DNA of 64,000 nucleotides from Dipteris shenzhenensis (lineage: Eukaryota). Each line of letters starts with the position of its first letter. The stretch's first letter is position 1. The position numbers and the translations under genes were made by a program. The notes beneath the pieces are model-generated. The model was given only the letters and a program-made list of their open reading frames with translations. It ran no database searches and was not told where the DNA came from. Shown piece by piece: positions 35,301 through 49,300 of the stretch. The stretch lies in assembly GCA_047967505.1 (NCBI GenBank), contig CM106538.1; one strand, 5' to 3'.

Positions 35301-36404
35301 AATCATCAGTATCATTGTACTTTTTGCAATGTCCTGAGATAAATGTGAGTATAATAATAGACTCCCACTTTGACACTTTGTTAAGAGGAATGATATGATT
35401 CTCACTTATGAAGTATTGAGGTTGGTGATTAACGGACTATGCTCACTAGTTGTTTGGAAAGGGCAATAGTAGATGTTTGTAATTGATTGACTTTGACATT
35501 GAAAACCGGTCCAGTAGTGTAATAGGATAGATGTTTGATAGGTTAAAACACACACACACACACACACTCTTACACACATTTATGTATGCACATACACACA
35601 CACACACTCCCATACACTCTTACACACTTTTGAAATACATTCACTTCCCCCTATTTTACACTCATTCCCCCTCTCACCTATTTAAAAAGGTTTAAAGAAC
35701 CTTCCCTTTTCAAAACCCCCCCTCTCCACCAACTTCCTCTCCTCATTGTCAACTTTTTTTATTTGCTTGGAACTTCTTGAGCATTTTTCTTGGCTTGTGA
35801 GCCTTTGGTTTGTGGCCGTTGGAGGCCGCTACCTTCTTCTTTTAAACCCCACGTTTCATGCTTTTGGTTTTTGGCAATCTTCTTCATGCAAGAGTCTTCT
35901 TTTTTCATATGTTATTTGCCTTCTCTATTTTAAAATAGTACCCCAAACAAGGTGTACAATTTAAACCAATCCTACTTGGTAGAACAATTTCGTTTGTTCT
36001 TTAAACCACTCTCGATTTTCATCTAATGTGATAATGAAAAAAAATTCATACAGTATAGTATGCCCTATGCAACATACTAATAACTCTTTATTCACATGAT
36101 TAGTGCATTTAAGACTAGCTAGGATTAAGACTCATTTTACCTTGGTTTGGATGAATGTAAGTCTCACCACCTATTCCCCTTGGATTGTCAACTCTCCCCT
36201 CTTGTTTAGGCTCAACACCCCCTACCTAGTTTACCTCACCTAACCGCACTTTTAGCTAACCCACAATGGCAAGACAACTTTTTTTCTAACCCCCACCCAC
36301 TGCCCACGTCTGGACCTTGCCTCACTTTATAACTCATGCCCACCGCCTTTAAAACCTCCTCTTGTTTTGTATGTAGCCCGTCTTATTCTTACCTCTGATT
36401 TACC

Positions 36405-36651
36405 CTCGGGGGGGGGCACTCATCACATGTAACCCTATCACGTGAGTTCAGCAGAAGGATATTTTTTATTTCTAAAATTTACAGAAATAAATATACATAA
36501 GGGACTATTTAAAATAGTTTTGGGAAAAATTTACAGATTTGTATAAAAAAGGGGTACATTTTATTAATGAAAAATTTACAGATAAGGGATTTTAAAAATA
36601 GGCCTTGAACGCACATGGTATAGAGGGTTTATACATAGTGACCCCCCTGAG
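36405..36651. mobile_element. MITE, 247 bp, degenerate TIRs, 8-bp TSD
   Basis: Ends CTCGGGGGGGGGCACT / AGTGACCCCCCTGAG. Flanks GATTTACC (36397-36404) and GATTCACC (36652-36659). AT-rich core. Confidence 0.7.
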
Positions 36652-37556
36652 GATTCACCACTCTTTTACGTGATCGCTTCTTCTACAACCCACTTTTTTT
36701 GCAAAGTTCCACAAAGGAAAACTTAAGCCTGTCGTTGCTCTCTAGCTTGTCCGGCACCTTGGCTGCCTCAGGTTTTCCTTGCACCTGATGTAATCCCCCC
36801 TTGGTACTCTACTGCAATTCCTTTATGGCTCTTCTGCTTGACACTCCATTGGATGCTTCTCAGGCACCCGCTATTACTACCATGTTGCCAACTACATGGA
36901 GGCCTCTTCCACTTGATTTCTTCCACTTGTGGGTTCTGCCTTGATCTTCGTCGGCTTCGTTATTTGCTTCCCTGCTTGGTTGCCTCTGTCTTCGTCACAA
37001 GTGACTTCAACTTGCACTTCGGTGGCATTTTTTCTTCTAGCATGTGTAGCTTCTTATCTTTCTATTACTCTTCGTACTTCATGTTCCGACTCAGCGCCAT
37101 GTGCCCAACGCTCGTGGAGGGGACTTTTTTTGTTTAGTTGATAATACACGATGAGTTCAAAGTCAGCCACCTTTTTCTTTTGCTCTCTGTAAGTTTTATG
37201 TGTGTTTAATCTACTAAAGCGCCATGTCGCCAGAAATCGAGAGGTCGCCAGCTTTTTCTTTTACTTTAGCTCATATGTGAGCTTCGTAGTTTGCCACCTC
37301 AGCTTGCTAGCCCGTTGCGACTCACTGAGAGTTTTGTTGTTTGCAAGAAGGATGATTCCAGCTGCTTACTCGCGACGGCCCCGTCCTTGCTTGTGCACAC
37401 TTAGCCTCAGTCTTTTTCCCTATGTCATGCCTTATAAATAATTAAAAATATATATAAATGTTAGTTAGCTATACTTATGTACACACTCATATTTACACAC
37501 TTAGTTAGTAAGGTATTTTTAACTCCTTTAGATGCGTAGACATCGTTTTATTTTAT

Positions 37557-37617
37557 TATATATATATACATATATATGTATATATATACATCCATATATA
37601 TATATATATATATATAT
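37557..37617. repeat. (TA)n microsatellite
   Basis: Seen directly. Confidence 0.9.
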
Positions 37618-38794
37618 GATTTTCTTTATCGTCCCTCTTTTTTCACTTTTTAGGTACGGTTTGGCTCTTTACTCTCTTAAAGTCGTTAAGGACTTTATAA
37701 CTCTAATTGTTTATATATTTTTTCTTTTTAAACTTTATTAACCCTTCCCCTGATTCCCCTTTTCATGTGTATATATGTTATTGCTCACACAAGGTCATAG
37801 AATTTATTTAAATTGGATCTTTCCTTTTAAGGTTTTTTGTCTGACCTTTTTTCCTATTTAATTACATATAGATAATTGAGATATACTCTACTTAAACATA
37901 CAGTAGGCTTTTTTAGTTCTTTATCTTTTGAGATAAATTGTTTTTTCACTTTCTTAAAATAATTTTGGTTCCTTGAAAGAAGGGTGTACCCCCCAATTTA
38001 ACTCTTTTAATTCAATTATCTCATGATGGTGAGGACCATGCCCTCATTGCATCTCTTTATGGGTGTGGAATACCCCCCATGCACTATTTGTGCCTTTAAT
38101 CTTCAATAATTCTCATTCTTTTACAAGGGTGTGGAATATCCCCCTTGCTTGTTTGTTTTTATAAAAAAGAGTGAATTTAATTTTGTCCTAGATTTAAGGG
38201 TATGGACTAACCCCCTCAATAATATTTTTTGTGGTGGTTTCCATAGCTAGTTTCATTTTTGCTCTTTTATCTCTAGTAATTCTGGTAAAATTTCCTTTAG
38301 GAGGTTATTCTTTTATTTTGAGATTTTGAAAGGTCTATCAATTATGGATATGGAATACCCTTCATGTCACATGTGATGCTACTTTTGCATTATTCTCTTA
38401 TGGTTTTTTCAAAGATTTACTTGTGAATCTAGACGGTTGTCTATGTTCCTTGGTAAAGCAATAATACACCAGGGGATACAGGCATTACCTATCTACCCAT
38501 TTGAAATGATGATATTCTAATACTTCATTTTTCCTGGATGGTGGTAGGTAAGTGGACCCTGACCTCGGAGCTTGGACTACCTGATGGATTTGACACGTTT
38601 GTACTATATCTTTGCTTAAATTCACAACCTCAATACAATGAAAAATTCTATTGCTGATCATATTACTCAGGTCAAAGTTATGTCAATTTTGGTTTTCTTA
38701 AAAATTTCAATCCATTTATTATATGCAACTTTTTATTATCCAAATTATTGAATTAATTGTATGGTTCATTTATTGATGGGATTATTAAATCTAA

Positions 38795-38872
38795 ACACAC
38801 ACACACACACACCCACGTAAACATAGACATAGACATAGACATAGACCTAGACATAGATATAGACATAGACAC
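38795..38872. repeat. (CA)n + (GACATA)n microsatellite
   Basis: Seen directly. Confidence 0.9.
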
Positions 38873-38964
38873 AAACACTATTGCAGATGAAATGACAACA
38901 TTGCGTGGGTTCTCAAAAAAAGGTTCCATTAACTTCTTAAGAATACTTCCTTATTTTTTAAAGT

Positions 38965-39420
38965 AGTCTATTTTTTCACAGGTCTATCTCCCTAAAAAAA
39001 AGATTCTACAAGTGAGCATAAACTTAAGCAATGCAACTTTTTAAAGTGGACTAAATACACATAGTTTAGTCTTTGTACTTAGCTACACATGGATGTGGTC
39101 TTCATAACACATGCCAGGTTATGATTTTCTTTTTTGGATTGCAATAAATATTTTACATTCTCAAAACTACCCTAAGATTCTGTCATTGTTGATGGTATAC
39201 AAAATATTTTTTCACAAGTCTATCTTAAAAAAAAGGATTCTACAAAAGAGCAAATATATATAGTGCTACTTTTCTGAAAAGTGGTTTAAATACATATAGT
39301 TAGGTCTTCATACTGAACTACACATGATTGTTGTCTTCAAAACACATACCAAATTATTGGATTACAAGAAATATTTTATGCCCACAAAAATAGATTAGGA
39401 TTTCATCATTGCGGATGGAA
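38965..39420. repeat. Old ~236-bp tandem duplication
   Basis: TATTTTTTCACA(G/A)GTCTATCT..GATTCTACAA at ~38969 and ~39205, with continuing similarity downstream. Confidence 0.75.
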
Positions 39421-40824
39421 TAGAAATTTATTTCAAAGAAAATTAATGTGAAAGGTATTTTTCTTTAAAAAAACTTATGCAACAACAAGATAACACCACC
39501 ACTTCCCTTCATTGCTAATGTTTCACTCATATGCACTAAATTACCTACTTGCATAGCAACCTTTGACAACTTCATCACACATAACCTGGTGATGACCGAA
39601 GAGTAGTTGGAGACTCTACATTGGTAGATCTCCATCTATCCAACTACTTCTAGAGCTTTTCGAGGTACACAAGATCGTTATGGCATAGTAGAGTGTTGCA
39701 CAAGTGAGCTTTCTCAAACCTTTGAAAATTATAAATCCTCTCATTATTTTATCATAAACATATGACATAACTCAATGTTGTTATTGAGTTGTGTCATAAG
39801 TTTCACAAAAATATTGGAAATTTTTTCCCTTAAAAATACCCCTGCCTTCCCCCCCCACCTCCCCCAAAAAAGAAAAAACATGAAAATGATGACAGACCTT
39901 GATAATGGCATTTAGTTGCATCAGATCTCCAAAATTTTTTTTTTGATGATGCAACTCGATGCTGTTATTGAGTTGTGCTTTTCTTCTCTTTTTTTCTTTT
40001 TGTATTGTGATGATGCAACACGATGCTATTCTCAAGTTGTGTCACAAATTTCATGTTTTTGATGACATATATTTGAAGCTTAGGAAAATTTCATGACATG
40101 CCCATCGAATTGTATTGTATGTTTTCTTTTCAAAAATGAAAACACATGAAACTCATGACACAAAAATGTGCCATGGTTGTGCTACCTAGGATTACTCTAG
40201 AATCCAATTGGTTGAGGCTCACATTGTAAGCGATTAGGGAACAACCCCATGCAATTTATTTGTGTCTTAGAACTAATCTTGAGTTTACTTGTTGTTATAG
40301 ATTTTTTCATTGATTTTTTGCATTATTTATGAATCTTCAAGAGGATTTTGTGCACCACATTCACGAAGTACAAAGAGGAATGAGGAAAATGTGATTGTTG
40401 ATAATATCAAGGAGGATGGATAAACTACTTCATCTCCTAAAGATCATCATCATTGTTAATGAAGAGCTTAGGGGTGTGGATATAAATGAGGATGCTACAC
40501 ATGATGGTTTCTAAGATCTTTTGCATAATTGTAGGCTAGAAATAAAAAAAGTGCTTCTTTGATTTTGATATAATGGTGCTTGAGAAATTGAGATCACTTT
40601 AACTTATTCCCATCTGCATACCATGGGTTAATGGAAAATATGCTCTTCAATATAAATTTTTAGATTGAGTAGAATAAAAAGCATGATTTATATTTTTGGA
40701 CTTATGATAGGAAGCCATGTTTCCTAAAATGATTTAAATTGGTACTTTTTACTGGTACAAAAAGAAATATTCGATTTAGTTCTCATTTGTGCGCAATAGT
40801 TCTCACTTCATTTTTAATAGTGTC

Positions 40825-41087
<263 letters not shown>

Positions 41088-41720
41088 TTCCTATTCACTT
41101 TTTACCTTACAGTTACTTTACCTTTTTTCCCTTCTCCCCCCCCCTCCCCCCCCCCCCCCCCCCTTTTTTACCTTCTCTCTCAAAATTCCTCTCCCCCCTT
41201 ACATATACACTCCTTGTCTTTTTATCTGATTGACACTCCCCAACCCCTTAATTTCCCCTAAATTCCTAAGTCCCCTATTAATTTTTTCCTATCTTCTAAT
41301 TTTTTCCTATTTTCTTGTTCTTTGTCCTTTCTATTTGCCCAATTTTTTTCTAGTTTCTTATTTGTCCCTATTTTCCTTTTTTCCTAAACTCCCTAAACTT
41401 TTTTGCTAAATTCCCTATTTTTTCCTTTTGTTGAATTTCCCAATTTTCCTAATTTTTTCTTTTTCCTATCCCCCCCCTAGTCTCTTTTTCCCTTCTCCAA
41501 TTTTTGCCTAATCTTTCCTTCTTAATCTCTTAATTTTCTTAAAATTATGATTTTTTCTTTTTTTTTACTATGTCTCGTTAATTTTGCCCCACTCCAATAC
41601 CCTCCTCTTATTCTCTGCCTAATTTCATCACTTCAACTTACCCCTACTTTACCTTATTTGCACTCCATGACTATTCCCTATTTTTCCCTACCCCCCCCCC
41701 CCCCCGCCCCGCCTTTTCCC

Positions 41721-41820
41721 CTTAGTTTAAAAGGGGACTTTAAACACTAAATACCCCTAGTACCCCCTTCTTAGTTTAAAAGGGGACTTTAAACACTAAA
41801 TACCCCTAGTACCCCCTTCT
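41721..41820. repeat. ~49-bp tandem duplication
   Basis: CTTAGTTTAAAAGGGGACTTTAAACACTAAATACCCCTAGTACCCCCTT occurs twice. Confidence 0.9.
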
Positions 41821-44800
41821 TACTTTACCTCGCTACGCGAACCTATCAAAGTTCCTCGTTGCACGAGCTCTACACCTCCCTCACATCCCCCTAGACCTCT
41901 CACCTCTCACCTCCCCCGACTCTCCTATTTACCCTCTTATCCCCTAATTCACTTAATTAACTAACTCTAGTCCTACCTTACTATCCCCGCCCATTCACAC
42001 ACTTCTCCCTTATCACTAATGCTCCTCCTCGACATGCGTGGCCTTTGATGGCTCATCTCCCCAAACTACCAAAACCCCCCTACCTACCCTGACACTCCGC
42101 AGCCTGACTGACCCGACCCCTCTCCCCTATAAGTACTGGCACTCCTAGCCTCTCACTCCCACTTCACACACTCCAAGCCTTTTCATTACTTCGCATGACC
42201 TTTCCTCTTACTGTGTCTCTTCACAGCTATGCTGCTCGCTGCTACTCCCTGCCACAGTTCCACTGCTCTCCCCAATACTTCGGTCCACTGTGCAGCCTCG
42301 ATCTCGGCTCCCATGTATGTGTATGTCCCACACAGTCCACATACCTCTCTAGTTTGCTTTGGTTCTCTCTTGTCTGCTCTGCTCTAGTCTATACCTCGCA
42401 TTGCATCCGCACAAGCAGCACAGCTTCCCCCTTCGAAGGTGCTCTTATCTTCTGTACTTTAGCATAGACTTCGTGCCCGCCATGGACTCTCAAGTCCTTT
42501 CTTATTTAATTTTTCCTTTCATATAACCCACCCCTCTTTCTTTCACCACACCTATGCTAGTCCTTTTATATTAGTCATTTTTTACATTAGTCTTTTAGTT
42601 TTCCTTCTTTTTCATTCTCCTCTCTTAATTCTCTTAATTTTAGTCCTTTTTCTTAATCTCCACTTCTAATCCGTCCCTTTTAATTTCCTTTTTACTTCCC
42701 ATGTTATCCCCCTTCTTTACCTATTCTTTTCTTATTTAGGTTTACCCCTTAATTTTCCTCTGTTTCTTAATTATTCATGTAAACTCCCTTTTTGATTTTC
42801 TTTATTTATCTAAACACTCCCTTTTCCCTTTTATTAATTTCCCCTCCTCACTAATCTAATCCCCCCTCCCCCCTCCCCTCCCCTTTCTTTCTTAATTTTC
42901 TCTCCTCTCAAACATTAACCCCCCCTTTTTTTAATAAACTTGTTGGGTGATTCCACTTTTGAGGTTAGAATTATAGCTGAAAAAATCTTCCATTGCTTTG
43001 TGCCATCGGTGGTCCAACATGTAAATTTGTCACTTTTTTAATTTATGTTATCAGCGTGTAGTAGGACACTATGCACACCTAACTTTGAGCTGTTTTTTCT
43101 TCGATAATGTCATCGCTGTGTCGATGTTCCATTATCATGGATCTAGTGCTACCATTGATTGATTGTTTTACTTAGTGGCATTGTGGCTATATTTGGCTTA
43201 CACAGTCAGTGGGGATAGATTGTCTCAAGAGAGATAGATAGTTTGGAAAGGTAATTTAGATAATGACATGTGCTAGGCAGTCATGATTTATTGCATTGAT
43301 ACTAGACATCCTTCTACATAATAGCAACTGGAGGCAAATAGCACCTCAAACGTTCTATATATAGACTACTCTAACTTTTAGAGCTCCCTTTGGTATCACA
43401 TCTTCACAATATGAACTTATTTCGCAATACTGTCCATGCATATCGACATATCTTCCTCGATTGAGAATTTAAGGTTTACTTAATTGAGTTGTAATGATTT
43501 TGTGACATATGGGCTTGTAGCCTCTCTTTTGCATGTCTGCAGTTTGTGCCTTAGGTTTATGGGTGGACTCTGGTATCATCCGATTGCCTTAAAAACATGT
43601 GTAAATTGATATATTTCAGCATGTGAAAGGTGGTCCGATATCTTTTACTGAGTTCTCCATTTATCTTTGGATTGCACAATTATGGGTGGAATTCATGCAT
43701 GAAATGATCTCTGAACAATTGTAGAAAATGCGGTTAAGTCCCTCTTTGAATTTAGCAGTAGATATGTTGGTGATTTCGTAAGTTACCCTTGATGGCATGA
43801 CTCAAATAATTAGGGTGTAAACTACTATATATGCAACCTTTATCATGGTTCCCTTGAAAGTGTGGATGGCCTGAGTTTTAGACGATTGAGCATGCGAGCT
43901 CTCTAACATCCGTGCTGCTTTTCTATGTTCTTGAAATATTAAGAGAGAGTCTTCCTTACATGGCACTAATCAACTATGTACTTAGTCCTTTAGTTTTTCT
44001 TTTTGCTTGTACCTTATCTTAATGGCTCCCTTTATACTAGGCAATCTAATCTTTGGCTCATGAAATTTGGACTTGTGAGCTTGGCAACTCTATCTAGCTT
44101 AGAACTTTGAGCAATTATTCTCTTTTCAGGCTAATTATGATATAGCTAGGTCTCTTGGTTGACCTACTGGGTCATATTCCAAACTACAATAACAAGAAAT
44201 CGGGGTCTATGACACCTGCACTCCCAAGCTAGAAGATGTATGTAGTCTAACATAACCTTCTCTTGGATGGATGTAGGTACCAGTCCCCAACACTAGTATA
44301 TGTCTCGATGTAGCTGCCAATGAGATCATGTCTTCATTGCTATATGTGCTCTTCATTACTCCTAATTAGGAGTTGTAATTTCTATATGATTTCTACCTTA
44401 TTTTATTTCTCATGTCACTATAAGTGTAATATTAAGATTTGCAAGGAGTTTTTTTGACCTGTAATATCAGGTTCAAAACCACTACCTATTCTCAGGCCGG
44501 TTTCTGTAAGCCTAACACACACACACACACACACACACCATGCACATAGGGTGATAGGATGACCTAGAGGTTATCCCAAACTATCGGCCTTGGTTTGCAA
44601 GAATGCAATTGTAGAGATTAAGAGATGAGAGTGGAAAGATTCACCTTGACCCTCAACAGATTCTAGAGATGACCATGGAATTCTATTAGAGCTTGTTTCA
44701 ATTTGAGGAACTTTCTCCCTAGAGATGACCATGGAATTCTATTAGAGCTTCTTCATGTAGCCCCAGAGGCAATGTGGACCCACATCCTAATAGTGGTCTC

Positions 44801-45089
44801 CTAGAGCATGAGTAGACAAATAGACGAGCCTTTCATTAATGAAAAGGTCTAGTAAGACCTCACATAGCTCCTTTTATAAAAGTGTCCGAGACCTATCCTA
44901 GAGAGGATGGATTAATACCATCCTTCTTTAGGCACTTCTGGGTGTTTATCCACAATCCCCCTTCTACTAACCTTTTAAGAGATTTTTTACTTAGGTTCTT
45001 TTGTGGTCTCTGAGCTATGGTTGAATCACTCTACTAGACACCACATACAAGATTTTGGTCAAGATCTTGAGTTAGGGGTTGCAGCCTCA

Positions 45090-46330
45090 CCTAGTAGATA
45101 TTATTCATGACATGCAGGTAGGCTTTGTCTAGGAGTGCAGTAACTTGGACAACATCTTTACATTTTGGTTGGATTGGATTAGGCTAGAGAGGAGGCTTAG
45201 CCTTTGGCCATCATTCTCGTAGATTTTGAGAAGGCTTACGATAGGGTTGAGTGGTCCTTTATGGAGGGCACTATGGAGAGACTTGATTTTTTAGATAGAT
45301 GGATCAGAGGGGTCTTAGCCCTTTATGAATAGAGTTCCATTCATATGCTTATTGGTGGCTATTTGAGTGAGTCTTTTTCTCTCTCCCATTTAATTTGACA
45401 AGGCTAGCCTCTTGCCCCCTTTCTCTTACTCTTCATAGAGCTGAGACAATGGGATACTTTTTCTACTCTTAGGCTATAGGCCTCATTGAGATGAGGCTCA
45501 CAGTTTTGATAGGAGAAGGAGACGTTAGATGCGAAATTTGAAGACAACACAACCCTTTATGTGGAGGTATAAGTCTTGAGGCATTCAACAGCAAGTCTTG
45601 AGGTGGTCAAGGGTGCCTTTTACTATATTGCAAGGCCTCTGGGGCTAGGATCAACTAGACCAAATCAATGGGCTTCCTTATAAGTGATAGACAAGGTTCA
45701 AGAGATTTGAGATTTAGGGGCAGCCCTTAGCTTTCTTTGGATCTTGTGGGGGGGGGGGATAGTGAGATATTTAGGTTGCTAGGTGGGTATAAACATTTCA
45801 ATAGAGCAACGGATTACCCTAATTTTGGAGAGTGTAGCACAATCTTCTTTATTAGATCTTGGCAAACTCTCTCTATTAAGTAGGTCTTTGGTGGCCAACC
45901 ATGCCCTTCTTGCAATGTCCTGCTACATAGCATCTTGGTGGTGTTTTCCCAAATTCATGAGAACTTTTTGCAAAGAGCAACCAATCTCTAAGAAAGATGA
46001 TGACTCCTAGTCCAGGTACTTACATTTCCTGTAACTAGATATGAAGATCTTCACAACAATTTACTTGAATGGATTTAATCCCATTGCGATTTTCTCTTGA
46101 TGCACATCCATCAATTGTTATGCTTGAAGAATGGGTGAGGAATAAGAAGGGCCTCCTTATGACAAATGTTTGGTTCCTTAGGAGGGTATATTATGTTTTC
46201 TTTTTAAGAGAGTAGACATGGTTGCCAAAGCACTACATTAGGGTCTCTAGACAATAAGAAGGTCCCTAAAGCTCAACCCCAACAAGCAAAGGTCGACAAA
46301 AATGTTTGCTTGCATTGAATTTCTAGATCT
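45090..46330 (+). pseudogene. Degenerate LINE reverse-transcriptase fragment
   Basis: VDFEKAYDRVEWSFM (~45219), QG*PLAPFL (~45399), FEDNT (decayed YADD), SGARIN*TKS and RYLG. Confidence 0.8.
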
Positions 46331-49300
46331 TTCCCTCTCTCTTTGTAATTAAGTAAGCTCTCTGTAGTTGTCTAGGGGAGGTTGTGGGATTTGAGAAGGA
46401 GCAATTTATGAACCCAAGGGGAAAACCTTGGGTTTTTGTTTGGCTTTGATTTGTTGGCTGAGGTCTTGCCTAACACTTTAGCTATTCCCTTGCCCTGTTC
46501 ATGCTAAGGATAGTACCACACTCTCCTTTTGTCTATGGGTTTCAATCTAGCCTCTAAAGTCTTGCTTATGACCTTGACTTCTTGAAGGGGAAGCACTATA
46601 ATTCTCCAATTCTCTAATAAAAGGGAGGTACTATAATTCACTAGATCACCTAGGATGTCTAATTCATACATTAGATCAGCCAAACCAGATGCTTCTTGGC
46701 TTACCTCTTGCACCATCCATGAAGTACTAAGATGGGCGTCAGGATCCTCTTCTGAGCATAACTCCACCATAGTGATGGCTAAGGATCCTAAGGCCCCCAT
46801 CCAATCCAAGATGACATTTGGCTATAGCTAGCATAAGCAACTACATGCCTACCAGCATTGAAACCCTTAAGTAGGAAAGGACCTTCAAAAAGTGAGAGAG
46901 ACTTGCTATTATATAATATCAAAGAGTAGGAGTGACCTATATATCAATATTGAAAGGAAGGGCTTGCAAAAGTGGAAGAGACACACTACAAAAATATCAA
47001 AGAGTAGGAGTTGTCCATTATATAAACATCAAAGAGTAAGAGTGACCCACTGTATTAATATTAAAACAAGTGATCTACTATATTAATATTAAAACAAACA
47101 AGAAAATATCACTTTGTGGAGAACTCTAAAACAAGAGGTACTAGGAGTCCAAATGGTTGTTTAAGTATTATGCCAATTGAATGGAGTGGCTAAAGATAAA
47201 CATGCTACAAGGTGTGGCTATTTGGGCTCTCTAAATAACTAATGTACACATTCTTTAGAGTTATATTAAACTCATGATTAAGTTATTATTCTCCAATGAT
47301 TGTGCCATAAATCTTGGGATGGCTATTAAGCCAAGATCTAGCCAAACACTAGTAAGGGGAGAGTAAGGGGTGGCCACCTTGGCCTCCTAAGGAAGTAAGG
47401 AGAAATTTTGAAGGCTTGACAAGATAATAGTTGGCTTAAATACTTCTTTTTTTAACTTCTCAATAATGTAAGGACATCTTTTTTTCCATGTACTCCCTCT
47501 CTTCTTGGTTGCTGGTTGTCAAGGTGGTGGCTCTACATTGTCACCAGATTGCAATGTCACAAACCCTATACTCCATGAAGTGGAGCTGGATAATATTGCG
47601 AGACATGTATGAGGAAGCACATAAATGAATTAGAGGAGGAATCTTATGTTCAAGACCTATAGATGCAACGCATATATGAACTAGACCAGTTGTGCTATGG
47701 AATATCATCTATGTACTTTTCTCATTCAAAGCACTCTCAACACCCAAATGCTATCTCACCCCCACCATGCCTAGACTCCCCATAAAAACAACTCCCAATA
47801 ACCTACATTGCATGAACAATGGCAAACGTCCCTAGAAAATGAAAGGAATTAGAGATGACCAAAGCACCAAAAATAAATAAAGAGAGGGTGATAGATGAAG
47901 GGAATCAATATAACAAAGTTCCACTGGTAACAATCAATTGGTTGCATCTCACACGAATACATGAATTCTAGAGCTCCCATGGAGGCTCATGCTCAAGCGA
48001 GCAATGGAAGTGGAAGAAATTGACATGTATGATGGAGAACTAAGACACAATAATATCAGCATTAAAAAATCCAAAGTAGCCTCAATCTTCAAGCTGTTAT
48101 TACAATACAAGAATTCACAAGATCCCACCAGAGACAAATGTGATGACCTCTTCCTAGAGGGAGCCTGATTTGTAAGACTAAGGGTGTATCATGACTAAAG
48201 AAAAGGATTCAAAAGAAAATAAAATTTTCCCATTTCCTATGATAATGGATCCAATTGAAGACCTTGGACACTTTTGTTTCCAAGCAATTGGTGCAAAAAG
48301 GTTCAAAAGTAGCTATAGGAGCACAAGTCAAAGGGTTGAAGCTTTGGCTTTGCAAAGTCAAGACCAAGTGGAGTATCTAAGGGTGAGAAAGTAGAAAGTG
48401 TGTTGGGTGAGAAAGTTTGTTGTTTGGGAGCACACCTATTACCTCTTGCCAAAAGGAAAAAAGAGTTTCATAGAAGTTAGCTACTAGTTGGCCTCAAGTA
48501 GTGAGCTTGTAGCTAGCTGACTAGGCATAATAGAAACCAACCAATCAACCATAGCCACAACCATAGTCATTGCCACATCAAAGCTCCCAAGAAGAGCAAC
48601 CAAATGATCAACCAAAAGATGATAAAAAGAAGAACCCAATACAAGAGCAAGGTCAAGAAGATAGCACCCCATCATAATACTTCTAGATCAATTGATGAAA
48701 GCTGTTAGAAATCCTTTGGATTGGCATCAAATCTTCCAAAAAAGGCAATGCCAAATTTTATTTCTCTATGAGTAAGGCCATGTCATAATATAGGCCATCA
48801 ATGTCTTGTGCCACATCCAAGGGAGCTTCATGCCTCCTATCATGGAATAGTTCTGAACATACTAGGAAAACAAAGAGAGGGAATGACTCCAAGCGATGTG
48901 TACAACTATATAGATGTTTGAAGGCATTCATCAACAAAGGGACATAAAGGTGGAGTACTCTTTTAACTATTAACAATGATAGGGCCCTATAGTCCGTAGC
49001 CCAAAAAATATGAAGACCCCAGATGAGTGCAAGATCTTGGGAATCCACCCGGATGACCCTAGAAACCTTAATGGTTAGGATCAGCCACTAAGAAAACATC
49101 CACGAATAGTAGGGATAGCCATAAGGGGAGAAAGAGAAAACATGACTGGACTAGCCCAAGAGAGCTACTCCTCAACTAGCAACAAATAAAATAATTAGAC
49201 AAAGAAAGAAGTCAGGTGGTCAACCTCACGAAGGTTTAGCCTAAGGAATCAAAAGAAGCACCACTGATTCCCATTGCCCTACAAAGTTGATGATAGATCT

